A DNA stretch of 64,000 nt, from positions 62,001 to 126,000 of the IMG/VR virus record IMGVR_UViG_3300033997_000092. The stretch is one strand, 5' to 3'. Below, piece after piece: positions 55,703-64,000 of this stretch. Position numbers and translations under genes: made by a program. The notes beneath the pieces were generated by a model. It ran no database searches. It was not told where the DNA came from and saw only the letters and a list, made by a program, of their open reading frames with translations. Each line of letters starts with the position of its first letter. Position 1 is the first letter of the stretch.

Positions 55703-56410
55703 TTAGGCAGCTTTAGCTTTCTTTGTTCTGCGAGGTTTCTTCGCAGCAGGAGCAGCGGCTGGAGCAGCGGCAGCAACTGGTTTAGCTTTCTTCACGCGGG
55801 TCTTTTTCGCAGCAGGAGCGGCACCACCGGCAGAAGCAGCTTTAGCTTTCTTTTTGCGAACTGGCGCTTTGTAGCCCTTAGGAGCTTTTGCCATTTTCGC
55901 TTTCAGAGCAGCGGCCTGTTTCTTCTTCAGTGCAACACCAGCTTTAGCAACTGCGGAAGCAGCTTTCTTCTTAGCAGCAGCCATTGCTTTCTGGTAAGCA
56001 GCACGTTGCTTAACCTTCAGTGCTTTCAGGCCAGCTTTAAACGCAGCAACTTTTTTCTTCAGTGCAGCGGTCTGAGCCGGGGTACGTTTAACAGTACCTG
56101 CTTTGCCTTCACGTTTTTCACGCAGGAACTTAGCACGGGCTGCGCGTTTTTTCTTTTCAGCCGGGGTCATTGTGCGTTCGCGGGCTTTGCGCTCTTTGTT
56201 TGCCTTTGCTTTTTCAGCGGCCGTCATTTTTTTCTTTGGACGACCAGCATCGGCAGCTTTCTGAGCAGCGGTACGTTTTTTCACAGGGTCTTTAACACCG
56301 ACCGGCTTTTTGGTTTTCTTTGCAACTGGTGCCTTAGCAGCAGTTGATTTTTTCGCTTTGGTTTTCTTTGCAGCAGGTTTAGCCGCGGAAGTTTTTTTCT
56401 TGATAGCCAT
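55703..56410 (-). CDS. Histone H1-like Lys/Ala/Pro-rich DNA-binding protein
   Basis: 235 aa dominated by K/A with AAKPAAKK and PAAKK repeats; AGGAG RBS; monocistronic layout. Confidence 0.8.
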   Translation of the reverse strand: MAIKKKTSAAKPAAKKTKAKKSTAAKAPVAKKTKKPVGVKDPVKKRTAAQKAADAGRPKKKMTAAEKAKANKERKARERTMTPAEKKKRAARAKFLREKREGKAGTVKRTPAQTAALKKKVAAFKAGLKALKVKQRAAYQKAMAAAKKKAASAVAKAGVALKKKQAAALKAKMAKAPKGYKAPVRKKKAKAASAGGAAPAAKKTRVKKAKPVAAAAPAAAPAAKKPRRTKKAKAA

Positions 56411-56483
56411 GATGGGCTCTCCTAAACAAGTGACAATTGAACTTTAGTCTGCCTCTCCAGATGAAGTCCTCTCACAAACTTCA

Positions 56484-56496
56484 TACTAAAAAATTA
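56484..56496 (-). promoter_or_regulatory. Putative late promoter TAATTT-N5-T-R
   Basis: TAATTTTTTAGTA, overlapped by palindrome ATTACTATAGTAAT (56493-56506) and followed by an ATGAAGT/ACTTCAT hairpin. Confidence 0.55.
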
Positions 56497-56524
56497 CTAT
56501 AGTAATCGTAGCAAATAAAAAATT

Positions 56525-57577
56525 CTATACTTGTTGTGAAAAAATTTTATCTAAAGATTTGTTAACAATTTTTGTTGCTTGCTTACGGAGATCTTTACTT
56601 AAACCTTTTTGTTTTAGGAAAGCACTTAGTCCTTCAACAGGATTTATTTTTGGAATTTCCGAAATAGTTTCACGGAAAGAATCAACGTCATCGGTGACAA
56701 CACGATTGTCTTTTGTCTCAACAATCTTATCGATGTTAGGAATATCCTTGCGGAGATTCTTTGGAACTATTACATCTTTGTCGATGAACAAACGGTAACG
56801 GACTCGCTTGTCTGCTTTGAGATCGGCAAACTGTTTTTGTTTTGTGATAATAACTGTTTCAAGAACAAAGTTAGGAAATGACTCGATGTAATCCCATTTA
56901 ACTTTTAACTTACCGTCTTTATACTTAGCGCGGAACTCAACGAATCCTTTAGGACCTGACTCGCCGAAATTCTTTTGATACAAATTGCCGACTAACACAA
57001 CACGGCGCGACTTCAAGTATTGATGCTTATGAATATGACCGCCGAATGTGAAACTTCCTTCAGCCAGCTCGACATCTTCACGTACTTTAAGTGGTCGCCC
57101 GTTGTCACCAACAGCACCAGACACGTTAGCATGGATGAAGTTGATACAAGGCTTAGACTGAGAATCTGGACTACGAAATGGAAATGGGCAGAAGTTTAGT
57201 AAGACACCGCCAAGCTTCATAGTTGTCTTAGAGCTAACGATCTTAACGGTTTTCAACATTGAGAATTCAGCGAAGGATTCAAACAGGTCCATAGAAGACA
57301 TTTTGTTATCGCCGAAGTCGTGATTGCCTTTCATATAGATTGTTGTTATCAGGCCATCGTAGTGTGCCCAAATAGAAAGTAGTTCACGACAGCTTTCAGC
57401 GGTCATCTTATAGCTATCGGATATATCACCAGGAACTATAACGTACTTGATGCCGCTCTTAACAGCGTACTCATAAACTTTACGGACTTCGGCACCGACC
57501 ATCTTAGCATGATCGTCAGGGAAATGATTTATCAATCCGTCGAAATGCCAATCACTTGTAACAAGGGCGTGTAACAT
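56525..57577 (-). CDS. sbcD: SbcD/Mre11-like metallophosphoesterase nuclease
   Basis: SDWH, GDISD, GNHD, GHIH and YQKNFGE motifs; start at ATG 57577. Confidence 0.9.
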   Translation of the reverse strand: MLHALVTSDWHFDGLINHFPDDHAKMVGAEVRKVYEYAVKSGIKYVIVPGDISDSYKMTAESCRELLSIWAHYDGLITTIYMKGNHDFGDNKMSSMDLFESFAEFSMLKTVKIVSSKTTMKLGGVLLNFCPFPFRSPDSQSKPCINFIHANVSGAVGDNGRPLKVREDVELAEGSFTFGGHIHKHQYLKSRRVVLVGNLYQKNFGESGPKGFVEFRAKYKDGKLKVKWDYIESFPNFVLETVIITKQKQFADLKADKRVRYRLFIDKDVIVPKNLRKDIPNIDKIVETKDNRVVTDDVDSFRETISEIPKINPVEGLSAFLKQKGLSKDLRKQATKIVNKSLDKIFSQQV

Positions 57578-57585
57578 AGAGGTCC

Positions 57586-57861
57586 TCAAACAAAAACAAT
57601 ACAGGAGATCAGTTCATCAATAGCTTGTTGTTTAATCCTAGATGGAACTTTGATGTCAGGACGTTTTATAGTAGCAAGACATTCCGTAGCAGGATCCCAC
57701 TGTGCGACATTCTGCCACTTACCATCAACAAGTTTACGAAGACGATAGGAGACCAGTGTCATTTCAACACGGTCTCCGTAACGAAGTAAGCAGAACTCAA
57801 ACATCCGCTCTTTAGTTTTCTTCTTCGACAGTTCTTTGATTACTATTGTCATTTGAATCAA
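57586..57861 (-). CDS. Small hypothetical protein
   Basis: About 90 aa, fills the gap; start uncertain. Confidence 0.55.
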   Translation of the reverse strand: MIQMTIVIKELSKKKTKERMFEFCLLRYGDRVEMTLVSYRLRKLVDGKWQNVAQWDPATECLATIKRPDIKVPSRIKQQAIDELISCIVFV

Positions 57862-58480
57862 TGATCTCCAACATCACTTTGCCTAAGTGTGTTAAAAACG
57901 TAGGAGTAAAACGAATTGCCGTAGTATTGCCTGTTCCCATATTATAGGATTGCAGGTCAACAATGTGTTTTGATATTATTCCGGCTTGCTCAAACGGAAG
58001 AATCAAATTGCGTAACGCTCTGATAGTGGACTGCTTGTCATTGCATGGAAGAAACGCAGGCGTATCTTTGAACTTTTTGAAAGTAGGCAACTGCCCGTAG
58101 TTTTGTCTAACAGACAGATACATCTTGGCCAGCTCAACAAGTACAGAACATGAATCACCTGCATCCGCTGGAATGCGGCGATTGTCACGAACAAAATAGG
58201 CGAAGTCAAACATATCTTTAAGATTGTTGACACACAACAAATAAATAAAATCGCGCATGTGCTTTGTGATAGTTGCTTTAGTTGACAGCTCCTGAGAGAT
58301 CAGGCTAACAAACAAAGGTTCACAAACAACATTACCTTCTTCGGTACTTACACGTTGAGCATGATGCAAAACAGCAATAACATTCGCAGCAATTTCTTCA
58401 CGCAGATTTAGGTTTACGCTTTCTTGATTTATCATTTGATTTATCCATGTATTGGTCAACGTCGATTTTCTTCTCGACAT
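57812..58480 (-). CDS. Hypothetical protein, possible C-terminal winged HTH
   Basis: KQSTIRALRNL..FEQAGII...AIRFTP resembles a MarR-type wHTH. Confidence 0.45.
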   Translation of the reverse strand: MSRRKSTLTNTWINQMINQESVNLNLREEIAANVIAVLHHAQRVSTEEGNVVCEPLFVSLISQELSTKATITKHMRDFIYLLCVNNLKDMFDFAYFVRDNRRIPADAGDSCSVLVELAKMYLSVRQNYGQLPTFKKFKDTPAFLPCNDKQSTIRALRNLILPFEQAGIISKHIVDLQSYNMGTGNTTAIRFTPTFLTHLGKVMLEIIDSNDNSNQRTVEEEN

Positions 58481-59231
58481 CGTTTTTCAATGACTGTAGT
58501 AAGTAGCGCATTTCATAGGCGCTGACTTCATGTTTCTTGGCAACAACATCAGCATCTTCCATTGATTTGGATTCTGCGAAAGCTTGCTGGAGCCTTAGTG
58601 AAACAGGATTTGATAAGATAGGTAACAGGTTGTCACGCATCTTTTTAGTAATGGTTAAAGTCTCGTTCAAGGCGTCAAGTTTAGCGAGGAGCTTTTTACT
58701 GGACCATCCTTCGATGAAGAACCGTGCACACAAAATACGTACTGGCTTTTGGTGTGTCTTAGGAGGAAGCATGTATATGAATGTCATTAAGGCATTCAGA
58801 ACAGATCCTTTGCGTGTGTCTTCTATAAGACTATTTACATAATTGGTCTTCCTGCGTTTTACAGGCCGTTCTTTAGCACGGTCTATAACAGTCAAATCCA
58901 AGAAATCCAGAAATTCCAATTCGGTTAAATCGTTAGCTGTCTTTGTACGGACCAAATCAAGATAACGAATACCTGTATAGTCAAGGAGAGTAGGATGACC
59001 GTCAAACAGGAAAATATTCTTGTTGCGGGTAATCGGATGATTGAAAGCTCTCCAGTTCTTTGAAATGTCTGGAGAGCCAACTATCAATATATTTGGTTTG
59101 CGGATTTTCTTATCTAATGAAATCAAAGCACCTGGAGCAAGGATATGAAAATCTGCCTTGCGTCCTGAGGCATGCAGGTCACGGATTAATTCATCGGGGC
59201 TATGACAGCACACCCCAAAAATTCTAGCCAT
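58398..59231 (-). CDS. Hypothetical protein, possible C-terminal HTH
   Basis: 277 aa; ADVVAKKHEVSAYEMRYLL. Confidence 0.5.
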   Translation of the reverse strand: MARIFGVCCHSPDELIRDLHASGRKADFHILAPGALISLDKKIRKPNILIVGSPDISKNWRAFNHPITRNKNIFLFDGHPTLLDYTGIRYLDLVRTKTANDLTELEFLDFLDLTVIDRAKERPVKRRKTNYVNSLIEDTRKGSVLNALMTFIYMLPPKTHQKPVRILCARFFIEGWSSKKLLAKLDALNETLTITKKMRDNLLPILSNPVSLRLQQAFAESKSMEDADVVAKKHEVSAYEMRYLLQSLKNDVEKKIDVDQYMDKSNDKSRKRKPKSA

Positions 59232-60123
59232 TCAATCTCTCCATTATGTCAGAGAATGTAATGTCCTCTGTCGTGATAAATCCAGCTATCCTGTCATTAC
59301 CGAAACCGCCAAAACGATCTGCTATACGGCTGGCGGCTACAGCAGTACCGTAGTTTGTAAGCACAGACCAAGTACGTATTGGTTTAGGAGAACAAGCAGG
59401 ACGGGTTATATCAAACAACACGTAAATATCGTGTTCCTGTTTGTTCGCACAATTGTAGAAACTGGCATTCAATTTACGTGGACAGTTTACAACACCTACA
59501 CTGAACGTATTGTTGTCCAGCGTCAGTGTGTAGGTAGCCATGTCTTGGCCTAACAAAGAGCCGAATATGTTCTTGAAGTTGAAGTAGTGGAAACCATCAG
59601 TAACAATGTTAGGCAACTGAGCCGGATCCAAGAACAACTGAGCATGATTAAAGATGTCTTCGTCACTGAGTCCAACAACAACACTAGCTATACCGTAATA
59701 AGCATACAGACTGTTTTGGATAATGGACTTTGACTTAATAACATCCTCGATGTACTCGAACACAGTCGGTATAATACGCGCAGGATGAAACAAGCCCCAC
59801 GTAGAGACACAACAACTGCGGTCCTCTATTGTCTTACATTGAAACTTTGTTCCACTATATTCAAAATCATCGAAACGGTTAAGTCCTATAACAATAACAG
59901 TGGACGCATAGAGTGCCAACTGCCTTAACTGATCGATTGAAAAGTCCAGGCCCAAAATATATAGGCGATCAAGCTTCTCTGGTATAGTAGATCCCAACAA
60001 ACAAATAGTTGGATAATCTATTTCGCGGTAGACTGCACGGCTACGCAAAGCAGTACGTGCAGCAACGGCAGCAGCAACACCATCTAAAGTGTGGCGGTTA
60101 AATAAAACAAGTGTAGATTCCAT
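59224..60123 (-). CDS. Degenerate DHH/DHHA1 phosphoesterase-like protein
   Basis: HTLDGVAAA (motif I), LDFS (II), VIVIGLN at the DHH position, FGGFGN..IAGF at the GGGH position. Confidence 0.65.
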   Translation of the reverse strand: MESTLVLFNRHTLDGVAAAVAARTALRSRAVYREIDYPTICLLGSTIPEKLDRLYILGLDFSIDQLRQLALYASTVIVIGLNRFDDFEYSGTKFQCKTIEDRSCCVSTWGLFHPARIIPTVFEYIEDVIKSKSIIQNSLYAYYGIASVVVGLSDEDIFNHAQLFLDPAQLPNIVTDGFHYFNFKNIFGSLLGQDMATYTLTLDNNTFSVGVVNCPRKLNASFYNCANKQEHDIYVLFDITRPACSPKPIRTWSVLTNYGTAVAASRIADRFGGFGNDRIAGFITTEDITFSDIMERLNG

Positions 60124-60128
60124 GCAAT

Positions 60129-62513
60129 TTACTCCTCATTGGAAATAATGCTTACGTTACTTACACCTGATCGTTTTTCAATCTTAATGAATGTACAATC
60201 ATCGAATCCATCAATAGTCTTCGGTGTAATCCAAAAGATATGAGGAACGACTGTGCGTAACTTAGGCAAAAATTCACGAATCAAATGATCGCGAACTGGA
60301 TCACTACAGTTACTATCAGGTTCGTCCAACACAAGGAAATTAGTGCGGCGATTTTCAGGAAGCAGTGGAAGTAAACTCATTGCAAATAGCAAACGGAAAC
60401 AGTTTGTCTCTGCACCAGATAAGTGGACTATATCACTACGTTCACCATTAGAACGAATCACCTCGGCACGTATACCATCTTTCTGGGTACGAATCTCAAA
60501 ACGCATAGGCTCCAAGAAAGCCAAATGACTGAAAGCGTTTAGGCTATCTTCCAAGAATCCAACAATGCGGTCGGCTGCTTGCAACTTCAAGTTGTTTGGA
60601 TTGTACGCTTCTTGAAGTGCTTTATATAAATCCTGTTCGGCAAGTAACGGTCCTATTGCTTCAAGCTTTTTACTCAGCTTGGCAATGTTGGAATTTAATA
60701 TGTCGGTTTCGTACTCACGCAGTTTGAGTTTACGAATCTTGTTGTCAAGAGTCTTCGTCTCCTCAACAAGGTTAGCAATCTCAGACTTGATTTTCTTCAA
60801 CCGTTTCTTTGCATCGCCAACACCATCGACATTACCCAAGTCAGATATACGTGATTTGATCTCCAATACACTTTGTATGTTTTCAATCATTGATTCACAT
60901 TCATCATAACCAAGCGTAGGCTTGTCGCAAGGTTTCTTGGGTTTATCAAGAGACTGTAAGGATTCTTCAAGGTCGATGTACTTGGAAAGAACAGAGTGCC
61001 GTTCTTCGAGGGATTCCATTTTGGATTTTATTTTAGATATGCGTTTATCCAATTTAGATATGTTGCCATCTGGCTGCTCAGGCTCCTCGGCATTTGAGAA
61101 GTCACGCAAAGCAAAAGCATATTCTTCAATAACTTCACGGTCAGCAATCAAACTACGTGCGTTAGCAAGGTTGCGTTTCAGTGACTTACTGTTAAAGCTT
61201 CCACTATTACAAACAGGACAAACGCCATCTGTGTCATGACCATCGAGCCTGTCACAGAGATCCACAGTAACGCGGGCCAAGTCAGTAACAGGTCTGATGG
61301 TAGAATTGATTTCTTTGTAGCCATGTGATTTTTTAAGTCCAACTGTTTTAGCTAGGCCAGTACCAAGAGCTTTGTCCCGTAGTTTTTGTACACGGTCTTT
61401 AAGCTTGGTAAACTTGGCTAACTGGTTTTCATAATCACGTAACGCAGATTGCAATGCGCTACGTTTTGATTTTAAGGAATCGAACTCGTCCGACAAGGAG
61501 TCATGTTCTTTTTCAACAGACTTTAATTCGTGTGCAGGACTAGCAATAGAGCCAAGTTCTTCCAACCGAGCAACGATTTTTGCTTTCTGCTTCTTATACG
61601 AATCCAAGGCGGCTGTATACTTTTCCCACAAGCGAATGTCTTTGAGTTTGCGTTTAAGCTTGTCCAGAGTCTTTTCGTTTGCAGATAGGTCACCAATTTG
61701 CCCTAATGCAGCATCCAGTTTTGACTGCAACTGTTCCAAACGATCAGCTTTGCCTACGATAGAACTTAAATCGGCTTGACTTGCATAAAGTTCCTGCAGC
61801 CTGTCCGATACTTTAATCAGGGACTTGGTTAACTTACGCAGCTTAGATTTATCTTTTGCTGTAAATGCCAATTCCTTTAATTTGGTTTCGGCTTCTACAA
61901 GTTCGTTGGCAAGTACACCGTGCTCTGTTTTAGCATTGGCTAGTGTACGCAGGTGAGCGCTGTATTCCTTACGGAGAAGATCGTACACATGCAGATCAAA
62001 CAACTCCGTTATAAAATCAAGCCGCTCTTTTGGTTTAGCGCGTTGGAAAGAACAGTCACGCTGCATCTGAATGTAACAGGTAGCATAGAACATATTTTCC
62101 CTTATAGGAAACATCTGCGCTATGCGTGAACGTGCTACCTCCAGTTTAATAGCTTTAGTGTCCTCGAAGTCACCTTTAGCATTAGCATCGTAGATAAAGA
62201 TCTTGGACGCAGTTTGCTTTATACGGACAACTTTACCTGAATGCGTGGCAATGTCAAGAAATGTCGAGCTGGTAGCTGTCTTCAACAGCTCCTTTTTATT
62301 TTTCTTAACAAGTGACATCGGATCGTTTTCATAGATCGTTGTTGCAATCGGAGAAAACAAACGTGTTTTACCAACAGCGTTAGTGTTGTCACGGACCGAA
62401 CTATCAAAGTTCTCACCAGTAACAACATACAAGCCGTGGCTATTGCTAAGATTAATCGCGGTGTCGCTGAATGTAGCGAAGTCACTAACACCCCAACCTT
62501 TCAATTGAATCAT
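60129..62513 (-). CDS. sbcC: SbcC/Rad50-like ATPase
   Basis: TGEN...NAVGKT Walker A, Q-loop, long coiled coils with CPVC hook, LSGAE signature, LVLDEP Walker B. Confidence 0.93.
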   Translation of the reverse strand: MIQLKGWGVSDFATFSDTAINLSNSHGLYVVTGENFDSSVRDNTNAVGKTRLFSPIATTIYENDPMSLVKKNKKELLKTATSSTFLDIATHSGKVVRIKQTASKIFIYDANAKGDFEDTKAIKLEVARSRIAQMFPIRENMFYATCYIQMQRDCSFQRAKPKERLDFITELFDLHVYDLLRKEYSAHLRTLANAKTEHGVLANELVEAETKLKELAFTAKDKSKLRKLTKSLIKVSDRLQELYASQADLSSIVGKADRLEQLQSKLDAALGQIGDLSANEKTLDKLKRKLKDIRLWEKYTAALDSYKKQKAKIVARLEELGSIASPAHELKSVEKEHDSLSDEFDSLKSKRSALQSALRDYENQLAKFTKLKDRVQKLRDKALGTGLAKTVGLKKSHGYKEINSTIRPVTDLARVTVDLCDRLDGHDTDGVCPVCNSGSFNSKSLKRNLANARSLIADREVIEEYAFALRDFSNAEEPEQPDGNISKLDKRISKIKSKMESLEERHSVLSKYIDLEESLQSLDKPKKPCDKPTLGYDECESMIENIQSVLEIKSRISDLGNVDGVGDAKKRLKKIKSEIANLVEETKTLDNKIRKLKLREYETDILNSNIAKLSKKLEAIGPLLAEQDLYKALQEAYNPNNLKLQAADRIVGFLEDSLNAFSHLAFLEPMRFEIRTQKDGIRAEVIRSNGERSDIVHLSGAETNCFRLLFAMSLLPLLPENRRTNFLVLDEPDSNCSDPVRDHLIREFLPKLRTVVPHIFWITPKTIDGFDDCTFIKIEKRSGVSNVSIISNEE

Positions 62514-62515
62514 CG

Positions 62516-63748
62516 TTACGCCTTATCTTTTTTCTTACTTTTGGATCCTGCACTGTCAGGGTCTTTACCTTGCACAGTAAGGAAATAACGGTCAATACTT
62601 AAATCAGCCAGTGCAACATAAAGTGCAGTGTTGCCTGAGAACGCAGGTGTTGTCAGAATACGGTAATCGACTTCTTGCAATGTAGAAAGGATTTTAATCA
62701 GTGAAGCAGTAGATACTTCAATTGGCTGATTTGCTTTTTCCTGTTTAGCAAGTGCAGTGTTCCAGATCTTACCAATAGCAGGAGTGTATGGTACAATACC
62801 CAAATTGCTTTCGATAATCCAGTCAATCAGGTAACTGATCTTCATAATGAGTTTGCGGGGATCGTTTGCCTTCTTAACGAAAGACACAGTGTTATTCAGA
62901 TTGTTGCGTAATATCGCAGCCAATACCTGAACAGCATAAGTGTCAAAGTCTTTGTCGGTTAACGAAGAAGCAACCATCTGTACAGTAGAAGAGGAGAATT
63001 TGTTACCATCAGCAACAAGGCTCAACAAAGAATCCAACTGGCTTAATGCACTACGCATTTGGCCTTCGGATTGGGCTGCAATTGCCTTCAATGCTTTCTG
63101 GGCCTTTTCATCGTCTTTGACTTTGTGGCCTTCAAGCTTACATACCTGAGTCAGGCGTTTGACAATAACGTCTTCAGGAATAGGACGAATGGCAATCTGC
63201 GTACAGCGGTTACGCATAGTGTCTTTCATCTTCTGCGGGTCAGTAGTACAGAATATAAATATGGTGTCCTTGCTAGGACTTTCGGTAGGCATCAGCAAGT
63301 TGCTTTCTGCCTTGTCGGTAAGCAAATGCGATTCGTCGATCAATATGATACGACGGCGGAAACGTGGTTTTTGTTTAGCGGCACGTAACACATCATCAAT
63401 GTTCTCTACTTTACCGTGAGTACCAGCATTGACTTCAACTACATCAGGCAAGTCTTCGGTATCATGCGAACAATAGCTACACTTGCCGCAGGCGTTCATC
63501 GTTTCACAGTTAACAACACGGGCAATCAAACGGCCGAATGTTGTTTTACCGCTACCAGTAGTTCCATGCAGTAGTATTGTCTGAGGGAAGCGTTTTTGTT
63601 TGATGAATCCACGGACAACACCAACAGCGGCTTCTTGTCCTACGAAATCGTCAAGTGTTACAGGACGATATTTGGCTGCCAAGTTGTAAGATGATAAATC
63701 ATCAGGTGACATAACGGGTTGTTTTTTGGTTTTTGATTTGGAGGACAT
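62516..63748 (-). CDS. dnaX: DnaX (gamma/tau)-like clamp loader ATPase
   Basis: LAAKYRP..DDFVGQE, GTTGSGKTT, C4 Zn motif, IDESH, NRC arginine finger, GQMRSALSQLD. Confidence 0.92.
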   Translation of the reverse strand: MSSKSKTKKQPVMSPDDLSSYNLAAKYRPVTLDDFVGQEAAVGVVRGFIKQKRFPQTILLHGTTGSGKTTFGRLIARVVNCETMNACGKCSYCSHDTEDLPDVVEVNAGTHGKVENIDDVLRAAKQKPRFRRRIILIDESHLLTDKAESNLLMPTESPSKDTIFIFCTTDPQKMKDTMRNRCTQIAIRPIPEDVIVKRLTQVCKLEGHKVKDDEKAQKALKAIAAQSEGQMRSALSQLDSLLSLVADGNKFSSSTVQMVASSLTDKDFDTYAVQVLAAILRNNLNNTVSFVKKANDPRKLIMKISYLIDWIIESNLGIVPYTPAIGKIWNTALAKQEKANQPIEVSTASLIKILSTLQEVDYRILTTPAFSGNTALYVALADLSIDRYFLTVQGKDPDSAGSKSKKKDKA

Positions 63749-63778
63749 AAGAGTATTCCAGTTAAGAACATTACTCTT

Positions 63779-63788
63779 GTATTTACAG
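63779..63788 (-). promoter_or_regulatory. Putative phage promoter CTGTAAATAC
   Basis: Downstream of a terminator; core motif 32 nt upstream of the clamp-loader ATG. Confidence 0.6.
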
Positions 63789-63803
63789 AAATGGGGTCGA
63801 TGA

Positions 63804-63844
63804 GGAAAAAGAAAAGGCAGTGGACTGTTAAATCACACTGCCTT
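63804..63844 (-). terminator. Intrinsic terminator
   Basis: AAGGCAGTG...CACTGCCTT followed by TTCTTTTT. Confidence 0.75.
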
Positions 63845-63854
63845 CGAGAATAGA

Positions 63855-64000
63855 AAAATTGGCAACGTCGGTAAACAGTTGCGCCTGACAAGAAACCCGA
63901 CGTTGCCTTGTGACAAACCCTTAACCAGGTTACATAAAGGTATGCGTCACTACTAGGGACATTTCCACATCCATTGGAAAGGTGGAGAGTGGGGAACATT
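63855..64000 (-). ncRNA. Candidate structured non-coding RNA, 3' part (truncated by window edge)
   Basis: Consecutive stems TCCAC/GTGGA, GTGAC/GTCAC (63910-63950) and an 11-bp GGCAACGTCGG/CCGACGTTGCC (63861-63907); no credible ORF. Confidence 0.35.

Noticed and set aside
65-63419. Numerous plus-strand ORFs in the track (e.g. 1722..2321, 2484..3116, 14952..15344, 41226..41777)
   Set aside because: Antisense shadows of minus-strand genes, with low-complexity mirror composition and no recognisable motifs.
63861-63907. SRP (4.5S) RNA or tRNA
   Set aside because: Short GTCAGG and CTGTTTACC resemblances only; no GGAA tetraloop/AGCAG domain IV and no cloverleaf or T-loop.
63658-63999. 113-aa minus-strand ORF
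   Set aside because: Runs through a terminator and promoter motif and overlaps the clamp-loader gene out of frame.

Overview
This window is part of a large lytic myovirus (jumbo-phage-like) genome, roughly 43-45% GC by eye. It is densely coding, and essentially all real genes are on the minus strand; plus-strand ORFs in the track are antisense shadows. From right to left in transcription order it contains: (1) a replication/recombination block with a DnaX-like clamp loader, SbcC/SbcD, a family A DNA polymerase with an N-terminal UDG-like domain, a beta-clamp, UvsY/UvsW-like genes, a degenerate DnaC-like gene and a J-domain protein; (2) interleaved virion genes, including a histone H1-like protein and a 1928-aa SNF2 helicase; (3) tail sheath plus a fibre/Ig-repeat cluster; (4) NAD-dependent ligase, Nudix hydrolase and a GT2-TPR glycosyltransferase; (5) a head module with an HK97/assemblin-type prohead protease, about a dozen unrelated ORFs sharing an N-terminal leader (MKIKVFVSES-A type), and an acidic Zn-ribbon scaffold-like gene that runs off the left edge and is absent from the ORF track. 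The gene content recalls the RSL1/PaBG/Y3-type myoviruses, but that is recollection, not a search result. The strongest novel signal is a probable capsid-targeting leader / [S,A]-x-[S,A] protease-site system that would load diverse cargo (DarA_C domain, HExxH metallopeptidase, Nudix, basic DNA-binding proteins) into the head. Also notable are two recurring promoter-like motifs and an intergenic module with 13-nt complementarity to the 16S rRNA 3' end plus an 18-aa micro-ORF. No tRNA, rRNA, CRISPR array, integrase or transposase was seen.
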